A DNA stretch of 64,000 bases, from the NCBI GenBank assembly GCA_038880755.1, contig JAVZRC010000001.1:8791-72790 (forward strand). Direction: 5' to 3'. The translations under genes were made by a program, and so were the position numbers. The notes beneath the pieces were generated by a model. That model was not told the origin of the DNA. It did not search any database and saw only the letters and a program-made list of their open reading frames with translations. The DNA comes from Candidatus Micrarchaeia archaeon. Lineage in GTDB: Archaea; Micrarchaeota; Micrarchaeia; CABMEP01. This document shows, in pieces, positions 47,468 to 56,982 of the stretch. Every line of letters begins with the position of its first letter. Position 1 is the first letter of the stretch.

Positions 47468-48130
47468 TTGAACAAGCTTCTTCAGATTAAATTCGAAGAA
47501 AGAACTCCTGAAGTTGTAAGAAAAACATTCTCTCAAGAAGAATTGAAACTACTTGACGAACTTGTGAAGAAACACCTTGTGAATATTTACTACGGTGGGA
47601 AATATCTAAAGACAGGTGTTTATCAGGTTCCTAACCTTGTTTACAGACAGCTTCTTGAAAAGAGGCAGGAGGCAGCAAAGCCAAAGGAAGGTGTCGAAGA
47701 GAAAGAGCAGGCTGCCCAACCAAAGGAGCAAGAAAAACAGAAGAAGGAATCAAAAGAAAAGAAAGAACAGAAAGAGATCAAAAGAGAGGAGACGGATCCA
47801 ATAAAAAGACTGAATAAGAATGGCTATCTTGTTCTTCAGTCCGAAGCAGATGCAAGAGAGATGTCAAAGCTTCTTGAGGATAAGATTCAGAAAAATCAGG
47901 TTACAGGAATAAGAGGATTCGATAAAAAATATTATCTTGTTAAGAATTCTTTCGTTCTTAAATTTCAATCCAAGATAAAATCAGTATTGAAATCTGGTCC
48001 TAAACAGGCGGACAAAATAGCTGACGCATTAGGCATTGAAGAAGAGGCAGCAATCGCACTTCTCACAGTTTTAAGAGAAGAAGGAGAAATAATAGAAAAA
48101 AGAAAGGGAACTTTTTCTTTGATAGATTGA
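47468..48130 (+). CDS. hypothetical protein. An in-frame upstream extension encodes an AbrB/SpoVT/MazE-like swapped-hairpin domain with no canonical start codon.
   Basis: Frame is open from 47264. Upstream peptide ISKIIRYGKDLAIIIPEELVKKLDLRPDTPIRIYEITAGTIAIEKV resembles the AbrB-type motif VVIPKELRKKLGL. No in-frame ATG/GTG/TTG before 47468. Confidence 0.45.
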   Translation: MNKLLQIKFEERTPEVVRKTFSQEELKLLDELVKKHLVNIYYGGKYLKTGVYQVPNLVYRQLLEKRQEAAKPKEGVEEKEQAAQPKEQEKQKKESKEKKEQKEIKREETDPIKRLNKNGYLVLQSEADAREMSKLLEDKIQKNQVTGIRGFDKKYYLVKNSFVLKFQSKIKSVLKSGPKQADKIADALGIEEEAAIALLTVLREEGEIIEKRKGTFSLID

Positions 48131-48298
48131 TTATATCTTGCCAGTAGTTATGTATCTTAGAACAAGAATAGCCACTATAAAGATAGCAGTTATAGCTATT
48201 ACTATTCCGGGTTTAAGTTTTATTCCTCCACCTTCTGCTTCATAGAATCTAAATATACCTGCAGAACCTGCCGGGGTGGATACTGTTTGTTTTGCCAT
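48131..48298 (-). CDS. preprotein translocase subunit Sec61-beta (SecG, archaeal)
   Basis: Hand-translated MAKQTVSTPAGSAGIFRFYEAEGGGIKLKPGIVIAITAIFIVAILVLRYITTGKI. It has the …P.SAG..RYYE.E…I.P..V…, then-single-TM architecture. Absent from the ORF track because it is shorter than 60 aa. Confidence 0.6.
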   Translation of the reverse strand: MAKQTVSTPAGSAGIFRFYEAEGGGIKLKPGIVIAITAIFIVAILVLRYITTGKI

Positions 48299-48397
48299 AA
48301 TAATCACTATATTATCTATAAAATCACATATTGTCTAAAAATTTGTAATTATATTATACATCGTCAAGTTTATTAATTATTACGTTCATTTAATTTT

Positions 48398-49471
48398 ATG
48401 AAGCTTTTTTATGAGAGTGATTCCTCCATATTCAAGAATGAGAATGCATTAAGCCTTGAGTATTTGCCGCCAGAGATGCCTGAAAGAGAGACGCAGTTAA
48501 AAGAGTTGGCATCCGCGGTTGCAGCAGCTTCAAAAGGAAAGAGGGGAAGAAATATATTGATAACTGGTCCAACAGGAAGCGGAAAAACAAGTTGTACAAA
48601 ATACGTTCTAAATCAACTAACAGAATTCAGTCAAACACCAATAGCAATATATATAAACTGCTGGAATTTTACAACTTCAAATGCAGTGCTTTCTGAGATT
48701 GCAGAGAGACTTAAGCTACCTCTTCCAAGAAGAGGAATAGCATTTGATGAAATATTCAAGAGAATAAAAGAATATCTAGTTCTAAATAACAAGATTCTAA
48801 TCGTAGTTCTTGATGAGGTTGATAGGCTGATAGCAAACAATTCAACTGAAATATTATATTATTTAAGCAGAGGAGACGAGCTTGCAAACGGCAGGGTTTC
48901 TGTAATTGTTATAAGCAATGACGACGAAATTGCTGCAAAGCTTGATGATAGAATAAGATCCTCTTTATTGGAGTCCAGGATTAAGTTTGAGAAATACAAT
49001 GCATTCCAGCTCAAAAAGATTTTGATGGAAAGGGCAAAGCTGGCATTTTTCTCTTCTGCAATAAGCGAAGAGGCAGTCGCACTCTGCGCAGCAAATGCAG
49101 CAAAGCAAGGCGGAGATGCAAGGGTTGGCATTTCACTTCTTTATCAGGCAGGATTGAATGCAGAAAGAGAAGGATCAAAGAAAGTTTTATTGAAGCATGT
49201 CAAGCTTGCATTAGAAGAGGTAAAGCAAGAAACAGACTTTATATCAAGGCATTTCGATTCTCTTTCAGATCCAGAGAAAAGGATTGTAAATCTTCTTTTA
49301 TCAGGTCCACTCACAAGCGGACAGATATATGAAAAGCTTTCAGATCTAGGTTTGAGCAACAGAATGCTTCAATTCTACATAACAAAGCTAGAGGAATCAG
49401 GCATACTAACTTCAGAGGAGATAGATGTCAAACCCAAAGGAAGAACCAAATTGATATCTATAAGAAAATGA
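48398..49471 (+). CDS. cdc6: Orc1/Cdc6 replication initiator
   Basis: LPPEMPERE…, Walker A ILITGPTGSGKT, Walker B VVLDEVD, and a C-terminal winged helix. Confidence 0.85.
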   Translation: MKLFYESDSSIFKNENALSLEYLPPEMPERETQLKELASAVAAASKGKRGRNILITGPTGSGKTSCTKYVLNQLTEFSQTPIAIYINCWNFTTSNAVLSEIAERLKLPLPRRGIAFDEIFKRIKEYLVLNNKILIVVLDEVDRLIANNSTEILYYLSRGDELANGRVSVIVISNDDEIAAKLDDRIRSSLLESRIKFEKYNAFQLKKILMERAKLAFFSSAISEEAVALCAANAAKQGGDARVGISLLYQAGLNAEREGSKKVLLKHVKLALEEVKQETDFISRHFDSLSDPEKRIVNLLLSGPLTSGQIYEKLSDLGLSNRMLQFYITKLEESGILTSEEIDVKPKGRTKLISIRK

Positions 49472-49903
49472 AATTAAGACTAGAAATTCTTAAGAGACAA
49501 AATTTCTGAAATTTAGACGTAATTTTGTTAGATGTCTTTTTCTTTCGAATTGTAATAAATGTCCAGATCACCGGAAATTTACCCTTCCAATTAGTATTTA
49601 AATAGCCTTTGAGATTCTGTTTCGGTGATGAAATATGATAATGGACATAACAAATATAAGATTGGATGAAGTGAGTGCCATAATGTCAAAGATGGACAAG
49701 TTAGGCATGTCTTCAAAAATAGAGAGAAAGGATGACAAATTCCTCCTTGTTCTGAATGAAAGAAAACAGAGGGATGCGGTTAGAGTTCCAACTCTTTTAG
49801 ATTGGTAATTAATAATAGTTTTTAATCCGCATTCCCGCAGTCGCCTCATCCATTTTTTATATTTTATATATAATCGATGTTAATTAGTTGATAATAGATA
49901 TTT

Positions 49904-51004
49904 ATGAAAACAGGCTATACAGACCTTCCATTGCATTACGGAAATGCACCAAAATGGCTTTTTTCTAGGATGGTTGAGTTAAGCAGAATTGTTTATGTTG
50001 CGATTGAAAGAGAATATGGAAAAGATGAGTTCTTGAAAAGAATATCAGACCCATTCTGGTTTCAATGTCTTGCATGTGTTCTTGGTTTTGATTTTCATAG
50101 TTCAGGAACCACTACTGTAACATGTGGTGCTTTGAAGGAAGCATTGTCTATAGAAGAATACGGAATAGAATTTTTGGGTGGGAAGGGAAAGTCTGCAATA
50201 AATATAAAAGAAGAAATCAATCTTTTATCAGATAGAATAAATATTTCGCAAAGCAAGTTGGATTCACTTTTTTATGCAAGCAAGATCTCTGCAAAGGTTG
50301 ATAACTCATTAATTCAGGATGGATATCAGCTATATCATCATTCCTTTATAGTTACAGAAGAGGGAAGATGGGCAGTTATACAGCAGGGTTTGAATAGCGA
50401 TACTAGATATGCAAGAAGATATCATTGGCTTGACGAAAAAGTATCTGATTTTGTCGTAGAACCACATGCAGCAATATGCTGCGATGAAAGCAAAGAGTGC
50501 CTGAATCTGACTGCCTTTGAAAGCGAAGGATCTAGAAGATCAATAGTTGATCTTGTAAAAGAAGCACCAGGAAGATTGATTGCAAAGACAAAAGATCTAA
50601 AACAGACCACTCTTTTAGAATATGGATTTACAATGCAGTCTAGGCATGAAATTGATTTGCATTTGTATCAAAGGCTTATGGATTTGAATGAATTCAATCC
50701 ATCCAAATTCGAAGAGATTATAAATTATCCTGGAGTGGGTCCAAAAACAATCAGAGCCTTGGCATTGCTAAGCGAACTAATATACGGTTCAAAGCCATCT
50801 TGGAAAGACCCAGTAAAATATTCATTTGCACTAGGCGGAAAGGACGGTTATCCCTATCCTGTGGACAGAAAAACTTACGACAATACAATAGAATTCCTAA
50901 ATGATGCAATATTCAATTCGAACCTAAGCGAAAAAGAAAAATTGAATGCTGTGAAAAGATTAAATAATTTATATGCCAATCTATTAGGTCCGGCAATATT
51001 GTAA
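49904..51004 (+). CDS. DUF763-family protein (conserved archaeal hypothetical)
   Basis: N-terminal TGYTDLPLHYGNAPKWLFSRMVELSRIV…CVLGFDFHSSGTTTVTCG pattern. Confidence 0.55.
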   Translation: MKTGYTDLPLHYGNAPKWLFSRMVELSRIVYVAIEREYGKDEFLKRISDPFWFQCLACVLGFDFHSSGTTTVTCGALKEALSIEEYGIEFLGGKGKSAINIKEEINLLSDRINISQSKLDSLFYASKISAKVDNSLIQDGYQLYHHSFIVTEEGRWAVIQQGLNSDTRYARRYHWLDEKVSDFVVEPHAAICCDESKECLNLTAFESEGSRRSIVDLVKEAPGRLIAKTKDLKQTTLLEYGFTMQSRHEIDLHLYQRLMDLNEFNPSKFEEIINYPGVGPKTIRALALLSELIYGSKPSWKDPVKYSFALGGKDGYPYPVDRKTYDNTIEFLNDAIFNSNLSEKEKLNAVKRLNNLYANLLGPAIL

Positions 51005-51042
51005 ATAAGTAATTAAAATTAAATTAGTTATCAGGTGTATTA

Positions 51043-51315
51043 ATGCTTGAATTGGCAGGTATAATCGGAATGATATTAATAGTTTTAGCTTGGATACCCC
51101 AGACATTAAGAACGATCAGGACAAAGAGAGTTGGGGTCGAGCCAAGGTTTCTTTGGTTTTATTTATTTGGCTGTATCGGTCTGATTATATATTCAATTTA
51201 CATTAACGATCCGATCTTTATAGGTTTGAATTCGATATCCTTCTTACTCAATTTAATTAATGTCTATTATTATAGACGTGGTCAATTTCAAAGCAGTTTA
51301 AAAATAAAAGATTGA
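51043..51315 (+). CDS. PQ-loop / SemiSWEET-like 3-TM mini-transporter
   Basis: 90 aa with 3 TM helices and the PQ motif LAWIPQTLRTIRTK after TM1. Confidence 0.5.
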   Translation: MLELAGIIGMILIVLAWIPQTLRTIRTKRVGVEPRFLWFYLFGCIGLIIYSIYINDPIFIGLNSISFLLNLINVYYYRRGQFQSSLKIKD

Positions 51316-51432
51316 AACCTAGATAATATAATAATGACTTATAGCAAGATATTTTCATCAAGCATAGGTATTTTTATATCTTTATGATGAATATATAATG
51401 TCGTTTTTTAAACTAAAAAGGACGTTGATTTT

Positions 51433-51825
51433 ATGAAGATTGTTATATCCTATAAAGAAAACTCATATCAAACAGAGATTCCAAAGGAGAAGGAAGCACA
51501 TCTTTACGGAATAAAGATTGGAGACCAGATAGACGGTTCTCTGATAGGTGCTGCAGGTTACACCCTAAAACTTAGGGGAGGTTCAGACAAAGATGGATTC
51601 CCTATGAAAGCTGATTTATTGGGTGGCGGAAGAAAAAGTATTCTTCTGTCTCCAGGAGTAGGTTTTCCAAAAGGCAAGAAAGGAGAAAGAACAAGAAGAT
51701 TAATGAGGGGAAACACAGTAACTGAATCAATAGCACAATTGAATTTCATTGTAGTGAAAGAGGGACCGACTCCTTTAGACCAACTATTCCCAAGAAAAGA
51801 AAAGAAAGAGGAAAAGAAGGAATAG
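51433..51825 (+). CDS. ribosomal protein S6e
   Basis: GDQIDGSLIGAAGYTLKLRGGSDKDGFPM…GERTRRLMRGN. Confidence 0.8.
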   Translation: MKIVISYKENSYQTEIPKEKEAHLYGIKIGDQIDGSLIGAAGYTLKLRGGSDKDGFPMKADLLGGGRKSILLSPGVGFPKGKKGERTRRLMRGNTVTESIAQLNFIVVKEGPTPLDQLFPRKEKKEEKKE

Positions 51826-51874
51826 TTGTTAATTTTTTATTTACATTTGTTTTTATTACATTTATGGTGTAGAA

Positions 51875-53068
51875 ATGCAGGCAGAGCTTAACATAGGACT
51901 TCTCGGACATGTAGACCACGGAAAGACAAGCATTACAAAGATGCTTACTGGTACATGGACAGATGTCCATAGTATGGAAGTAAAGAGAGGAATCACCATA
52001 AAATTAGGTTATGCTGAAATGACAACTAAGAAATGCGAAAAATGTGATTTTTATACTACTTCTGATAAATGTCCAAAATGCGAAGGAAAAACAATCCCAC
52101 TGAGGAAAATATCATTTGTGGATGCTCCAGGCCATGAAACTTTAATGGCCACAGTAATTTCAGCGTCATCCATACTCGATGGCGCATTACTGATAATTGC
52201 TGCAAATGAGCCCTGCCCGCAACCACAGACAAAAGAGCACAAAATGGTGCTTGAAATATTGGGTGTGAAAAATCTTGTAGTGGTGCAGAACAAGATAGAT
52301 CTTGTTTCAAAGGAAAAGGCAAAGGAACACTATAAGCAAATAAAGGAATTTCTTAAGGGTTCAATTTACGAGAATGCGCCAGTCATTCCCGTAGCAGCAA
52401 ATTATAATGCAAATTTAGATGTTCTTCTTAGAGCAATAGAGGAATACATCCCAACTCCAAAAAGAGACAAATCAGAGAAACCTCTTTTCTTTGTTGCCCG
52501 TTCATTTGATGTTAATAAGCCAGGTACCCCTATCGATAAGCTTGTCGGAGGAGTTGTAGGGGGATCAATAGTTTCCGGAACACTGAAAGTTGGGGATGAG
52601 ATAGAATTAGCACCTGGAATAGTTAGGATTTCAAAGACAAATCCAGAAATAATAAAGACAAAGATAGTGGCAATGTTTGCAGGTTCATCAAAATTGAGCG
52701 AGGCAGGCCCTGGAGGACTTGTTGCTATCCAGACAGATCTTGATCCTTCTTTAGCAAAGGCAGATGGGTTAATAGGTAATGTTATAAGTACTGTCGGGAA
52801 TCTGCCACCATTGCATAATTCACTGAAAATTGAATATTCATTACTAAGTCGTGTAGATTATGAAAATTCAAGCATTAAAGAAGGTGAAATGATTGTAATT
52901 TCAGCAGGAACTGCTACTACATTAGGCGTTGCGCAAAAGGTAAAGAAAAATAAAATGGAAGTTGTACTTAAAAGACCAATAGCAGCTCCAATCGGATCAA
53001 AAATAGCAATATCGAGAAGGGTTAATCAAAGGTGGCGACTTGCAGGTGCAGGTAAAATTCTAGAATGA
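51875..53068 (+). CDS. translation initiation factor 2 subunit gamma (aIF2-gamma)
   Basis: GTPase motifs GHVDHGKTS, DAPGHE and NKID. Zinc knuckle CEKCDF…CPKC. Confidence 0.85.
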   Translation: MQAELNIGLLGHVDHGKTSITKMLTGTWTDVHSMEVKRGITIKLGYAEMTTKKCEKCDFYTTSDKCPKCEGKTIPLRKISFVDAPGHETLMATVISASSILDGALLIIAANEPCPQPQTKEHKMVLEILGVKNLVVVQNKIDLVSKEKAKEHYKQIKEFLKGSIYENAPVIPVAANYNANLDVLLRAIEEYIPTPKRDKSEKPLFFVARSFDVNKPGTPIDKLVGGVVGGSIVSGTLKVGDEIELAPGIVRISKTNPEIIKTKIVAMFAGSSKLSEAGPGGLVAIQTDLDPSLAKADGLIGNVISTVGNLPPLHNSLKIEYSLLSRVDYENSSIKEGEMIVISAGTATTLGVAQKVKKNKMEVVLKRPIAAPIGSKIAISRRVNQRWRLAGAGKILE

Positions 53069-53127
53069 GATAATTTTTATTAATAAAAAAGTGAAATTAA
53101 AAAAAAACAAGAAAAAATTAATTCTAA

Positions 53128-53310
53128 CTAATTCTTATTTTCAGTTTGGATCTTTGTTCTAGTCCACTTAAGTTTGGCAGGTTTTCTTTTAAGTTTGAGC
53201 ATATTCTTCATGCATTTTCCTGAATCAAAATAAAACATAGTGCCGTCAGTTTTTACATACACTAATCCAGATCCTTTCTTTATCTCTTTATTACAGAATG
53301 AACACTTCAT
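53128..53310 (-). CDS. ribosomal protein L24e
   Basis: MKCSFCNKEIKKGSGLVYVKTDGTMFYFDSGKC, the TRASH-type zinc motif of L24e. Confidence 0.75.
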   Translation of the reverse strand: MKCSFCNKEIKKGSGLVYVKTDGTMFYFDSGKCMKNMLKLKRKPAKLKWTRTKIQTENKN

Positions 53311-53341
53311 AATAACACCTATAATTTAATCGATCTGATTT

Positions 53342-53650
53342 TTACTTGCTTTTGATTTGCTTTGCCTCTCTTTCAGTATCAACAAGAAGTAATATGTCTC
53401 CTACTTTAACCTGGCCCTTAACATTTCTTCTTATAACTCTTCCTTTGTCTCTACCATCTAATATTCTGCACATCACTTGTCTAACTTCTCCACAAGTTCC
53501 AGTCTTCCCTATTAGTTCTATAACTTCTCCCCTATATCCATTAAGCTGTTGTTGTTCAGTTTGGCTTTGTTGTATCTCTTGCTTTGTGGATGGTGACGTT
53601 TCTTTCTTTTTCGTTTCTTTCTTACCTTCAGCTTTCTTTTCCTCTGCCAT
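53342..53650 (-). CDS. ribosomal protein S28e with N-terminal K/E/Q-rich extension
   Basis: Core [49 protein letters not shown]. Start set to the ATG following an SD-like GGTGATA. Confidence 0.8.
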   Translation of the reverse strand: MAEEKKAEGKKETKKKETSPSTKQEIQQSQTEQQQLNGYRGEVIELIGKTGTCGEVRQVMCRILDGRDKGRVIRRNVKGQVKVGDILLLVDTEREAKQIKSK

Positions 53651-53672
53651 TAATATCACCTTAATACATCAA

Positions 53673-54122
53673 TCATTCTTTTTTCTTTCCTTTCTTTTCT
53701 TTAGCAAGTTTTGTAGGTTTCTGTTCTTTTTCTTCCTTCTTTTCTTCTTTTCCAGAAGCTGGCATTTTCTGACCGAGCTTTACTACAATATCTTCAATTT
53801 CTCCTTTTGCTCCACCAAGATCCTCTATTGCTATTGCTGCACAACTTACATTTATTCCAATAGCCTTTCCAAGTTCTGCTTTTGTTGGAACATATACGAA
53901 TGGAACTCCTTTTTCTTCGCAAAGAATTGGAAGGTGCATTACAATTTCTTCTGGATTAACATCGGCTGCTATTACAACTATCTTTGCCTTTCCAGATTCT
54001 ATCGACTTTGTTGTCTCATTAGCACCTTTTCTTATCTTTCCAGTATCTTTTGCAACGCTCACAGCGTTGATGACTCTGTCTGATATTTCCTTTGGTACTT
54101 CAAATTTAATATAGCTTGCCAT
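53673..54122 (-). CDS. ribosomal protein L7Ae (K-turn binding) with K/E-rich C-terminal tail
   Basis: KIRKGANETTKSIESGKAKIVVIAADVNPEEIVMHLPILCEEKGVPFVYVPTKAELG. Confidence 0.85.
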   Translation of the reverse strand: MASYIKFEVPKEISDRVINAVSVAKDTGKIRKGANETTKSIESGKAKIVVIAADVNPEEIVMHLPILCEEKGVPFVYVPTKAELGKAIGINVSCAAIAIEDLGGAKGEIEDIVVKLGQKMPASGKEEKKEEKEQKPTKLAKEKKGKKKE

Positions 54123-54271
54123 ACTCTCACACCTCTTAGTTCATAGAGTATGCATAATGCATACTTGCATCAAAATGCAATAGAACAAATAGATAAATAT
54201 ATTATGTGTTAATCATTTATAATCTTTGCTGTTTTATACTTTCCTGCTTAATTTAAAGATAGCTAGAAATG

Positions 54272-56230
54272 CTAAACAACAAGAAATGCTTCTTTGATAC
54301 CAGGTATCTTTTTAACTTCATCCTTTATTTTTTCAATTTGTTCATTGGAATTATATGCAAGAACTAAATTTATCATTATTCTTTCATCTTTTGTTTCATT
54401 TATATTTATTTTTTTAATTTCAACATGCTGACCCATAATAAGCTTTATTAAATCAGATAACAGTTTAGGTCTATCCTCGCTGACTACATTTATCTTTTGT
54501 AGATATATATTAGTCTGTATTTCCCATCTAGCATTTATTTTTCTTTTAAATTCTGCTGTTTTTTCAAATGTTTTACAGTCTGCTCTATGAATCGTATATC
54601 TACCGTCTTTTGGCGGATAAGTAACAATTTTATCATTGATAGTTGGATTACAACATTTCGCAATATTTATATTAGGTGAATTTATTTGTGCAATTAATTC
54701 TCCATTTTCCATTCTTGCTTTCTTTCCACGTTCAGTTATCGCAACTTCTGGTTCTTTAGTAATATTTTTCTTAGGTCCAATAAGATTTAAAGCTGCTCTA
54801 ATCTTAGCCTTAGCCTTTGAAGTTTTAACTATCCCAAGCCAGTTTACATTAACTTTTTTCTGAGGAGAAGTTAATACTTCAACAATATCCCCATCATTTA
54901 GAACCTGATTAAACGGTACAATTTTTCCGTTTACTTTTATTTTATCCGCATTCAATCCTATAGATGTGTGTAATGCAAATGCAAAATCAAGTGCGGTGGA
55001 TCCATTAGGTAATTCAATCATATCCCCTTTCGGTGTAAAAACTACAACACCTCTTTCAAATAATTCTATCTTTATTCCTTCAATATACTCATTTTCTTCA
55101 GTTATTTGTTTCTGCCATTCTAATAAATTCTTCATCCATTCTATTTTTTTATCGAATTCTTCTTCACTATGACCTTTGTATTTCCAATGCGCAGCTATAC
55201 CCATCTCAGCTATTCTATCCATTTCTTCTGTTCTTATCTGTGCCTCAATGTTATGTCCATTTTCAGTTAAGAAATTTATATGAATTGATTGATACATATT
55301 TGATTTTGGTGATGCAATATAATCATCAAGACTTTCTGGAATTATTTTATAATTTTCACTAATTATCTCTAATATTCTATAGCAGTCACTTATTCTCTTA
55401 GTTATTATTCTTATAGCAAATAAATCCATCAATTGGTCAAAGGTAAGTTCTTTTCTTTTCATTTTCCTATATATTGAATATATGTGCTTTTCTCTGCTCT
55501 TTACTATTACATCTATACCTCTAACTTTGAGCAATTTTTCTATTTCATCTCTTATCCTTTCTGTTTCTTTTTCTTTTCCCTTTCTTTTTTCTTCTAATGC
55601 ATTTTTTATTTGCAAATAAGCCTCCGGTTCCATCACGGAAAGATAAAGATCTTCAAGTTCATTTTTTATTTTTGTTATATTGAGTTTATGCGCGATAGGT
55701 ATATAGATTTCAAATGTTTCTTCTGCCATTCTTTTTTGTTTATGTTCCGGTAAGAATGAAATAGTTCGCATATTATGAAGCCTATCAGCGAGTTTTATTA
55801 TTATAATTCTTACATCTTTACTAAGTACTAAAAGCATTTTTCTTATGTTCTCAGCTTCTGCCTGTTCAAGCTTTAGGAAAGGTATTTTACCTATTTTTGT
55901 TAATCCATCAACTATTTTGGCAACTTGTTCTCCGAACTCTTTTTCAATAGTACTAATAGGTATTCCAACCTCTCTACAAACATCATGAAGAATAGCTGCT
56001 TGAATTGAAATCGTATCATTAAGATAATCTGAAACTATTTCTGCTACAGCTATACAATGCATAACATATGGTTCTCCAGATAGTCTATATTGATTTTTAT
56101 GTGCTATAGATGCAAATTCGACAGCTTTTCTTAATGCATTTATATCTATTTTTTCATTTTCTTTTTTTACTTTTTCAACAAGTTTGTTAAATGCAGTTTC
56201 TATTTCTTCTTCTAATTGCATTTCTATCAC
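54272..56230 (-). CDS. long RelA/SpoT homologue (RSH): HD hydrolase, (p)ppGpp synthetase, TGS and ACT domains
   Basis: HD region (HKNQYRLSGEPYVMH…AAILHDV), synthetase motif KSREKHIYSIYRKMKRK…DLFAIRIIT, TGS VFTPKGDMIELPNGSTALDFAFALHTSIG, and a C-terminal ACT-like domain. Confidence 0.75.
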   Translation of the reverse strand: MIEMQLEEEIETAFNKLVEKVKKENEKIDINALRKAVEFASIAHKNQYRLSGEPYVMHCIAVAEIVSDYLNDTISIQAAILHDVCREVGIPISTIEKEFGEQVAKIVDGLTKIGKIPFLKLEQAEAENIRKMLLVLSKDVRIIIIKLADRLHNMRTISFLPEHKQKRMAEETFEIYIPIAHKLNITKIKNELEDLYLSVMEPEAYLQIKNALEEKRKGKEKETERIRDEIEKLLKVRGIDVIVKSREKHIYSIYRKMKRKELTFDQLMDLFAIRIITKRISDCYRILEIISENYKIIPESLDDYIASPKSNMYQSIHINFLTENGHNIEAQIRTEEMDRIAEMGIAAHWKYKGHSEEEFDKKIEWMKNLLEWQKQITEENEYIEGIKIELFERGVVVFTPKGDMIELPNGSTALDFAFALHTSIGLNADKIKVNGKIVPFNQVLNDGDIVEVLTSPQKKVNVNWLGIVKTSKAKAKIRAALNLIGPKKNITKEPEVAITERGKKARMENGELIAQINSPNINIAKCCNPTINDKIVTYPPKDGRYTIHRADCKTFEKTAEFKRKINARWEIQTNIYLQKINVVSEDRPKLLSDLIKLIMGQHVEIKKININETKDERIMINLVLAYNSNEQIEKIKDEVKKIPGIKEAFLVV

Positions 56231-56739
56231 TCAGTATTTAGTAATTTTATTATTTCTTCTCCGAATTTCTTTGCGAATTTCGGTCCGCTTGCAGTTATAA
56301 TTTTTCCATCGACTACAACTCCCTCATTTATGAAGTTTGCACCTTTTTGTATCAGATTGCCTTTTTCAGATGGAAAAGCTGTAGCTTTTTTACCGTTTAA
56401 TATTCCTGCGTTAGCAAGGATAGATGGAGCAATGCATATTGCAGCAACAATCATTTTCTTTGCATAAGCATCTCTTGCCAATTTCAATGCACTACTGTCA
56501 TTGAAATAAACAGACGCCCCGATTCCACCAACAAATACTATTGCATTATATTCATCAACTTTCACATTTTCTATATTCTCAGTTGCCTCCGCTGTTCCAC
56601 CAAGCATCCCTTTCAAAATTCCAGCTTTCTTTGATGCCACTGTAACTTCGAATCCTTTCCTTTCAAAGACATCTTTTGGCTCAAGCAACTCTTCGTCTCT
56701 GAAGTTTTCAGGTGCTATTACCATTAATACTCTTTTCAT
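56227..56739 (-). CDS. DJ-1/PfpI family protein (intracellular protease/glyoxalase-like)
   Basis: MKRVLMVIAPENFRDEEL…, nucleophile elbow AAICIAPSILA, and GKKATAFP. Confidence 0.8.
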   Translation of the reverse strand: MKRVLMVIAPENFRDEELLEPKDVFERKGFEVTVASKKAGILKGMLGGTAEATENIENVKVDEYNAIVFVGGIGASVYFNDSSALKLARDAYAKKMIVAAICIAPSILANAGILNGKKATAFPSEKGNLIQKGANFINEGVVVDGKIITASGPKFAKKFGEEIIKLLNTE

Positions 56740-56840
56740 ACAATCACAAATATATTTGAAAATGAAAAATTAAAAATAGACATGTCTCCTTTTATACACA
56801 GTCTAATCTTGATTAATGTGTCAGTAAAAGAAAAACAAAG

Positions 56841-56914
56841 TGCGGCGGCCGGGATTTGAACCCGGGTTGCAGCCTTGGCAAGGCCGCGTCCTAACCAGAC
56901 TAGACTACCGCCGC
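56841..56914 (-). tRNA. tRNA-Gly (GCC)
   Basis: Reverse complement reads GCGGCGG-UA-GUCU…, anticodon stem CGGCC/GGCUG with loop UUGCCAA, T-arm CCGGGUUCAAAUCCCGG, acceptor CCGCCGC-A. Confidence 0.85.
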
Positions 56915-56982
56915 TTGTAATATTTAGTTAAAGGATGTATAAATATACATCTGAGATTTTAAAAACTTATTGAATCGATTAA

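Noticed and set aside
47020-47475. 151-aa minus-strand ORF
   Set aside because: It reads straight through the 5S rRNA gene (47083-47201) and has no protein-like features. It is an artefact of the open frame.
49598-49849. 83-aa minus-strand ORF, and a 57-aa plus-strand ORF (49616-49789), in the cdc6-downstream intergenic region
   Set aside because: Neither shows recognisable motifs or codon-usage signal, and the region is more likely regulatory or an origin. They are kept as unsupported.
53346-54083. 245-aa plus-strand ORF
   Set aside because: It is antisense to rps28e and rpl7ae, which are both confidently identified. The sequence is low-complexity Phe/Ser/Leu-rich, as expected of the antisense of K/E-rich genes.
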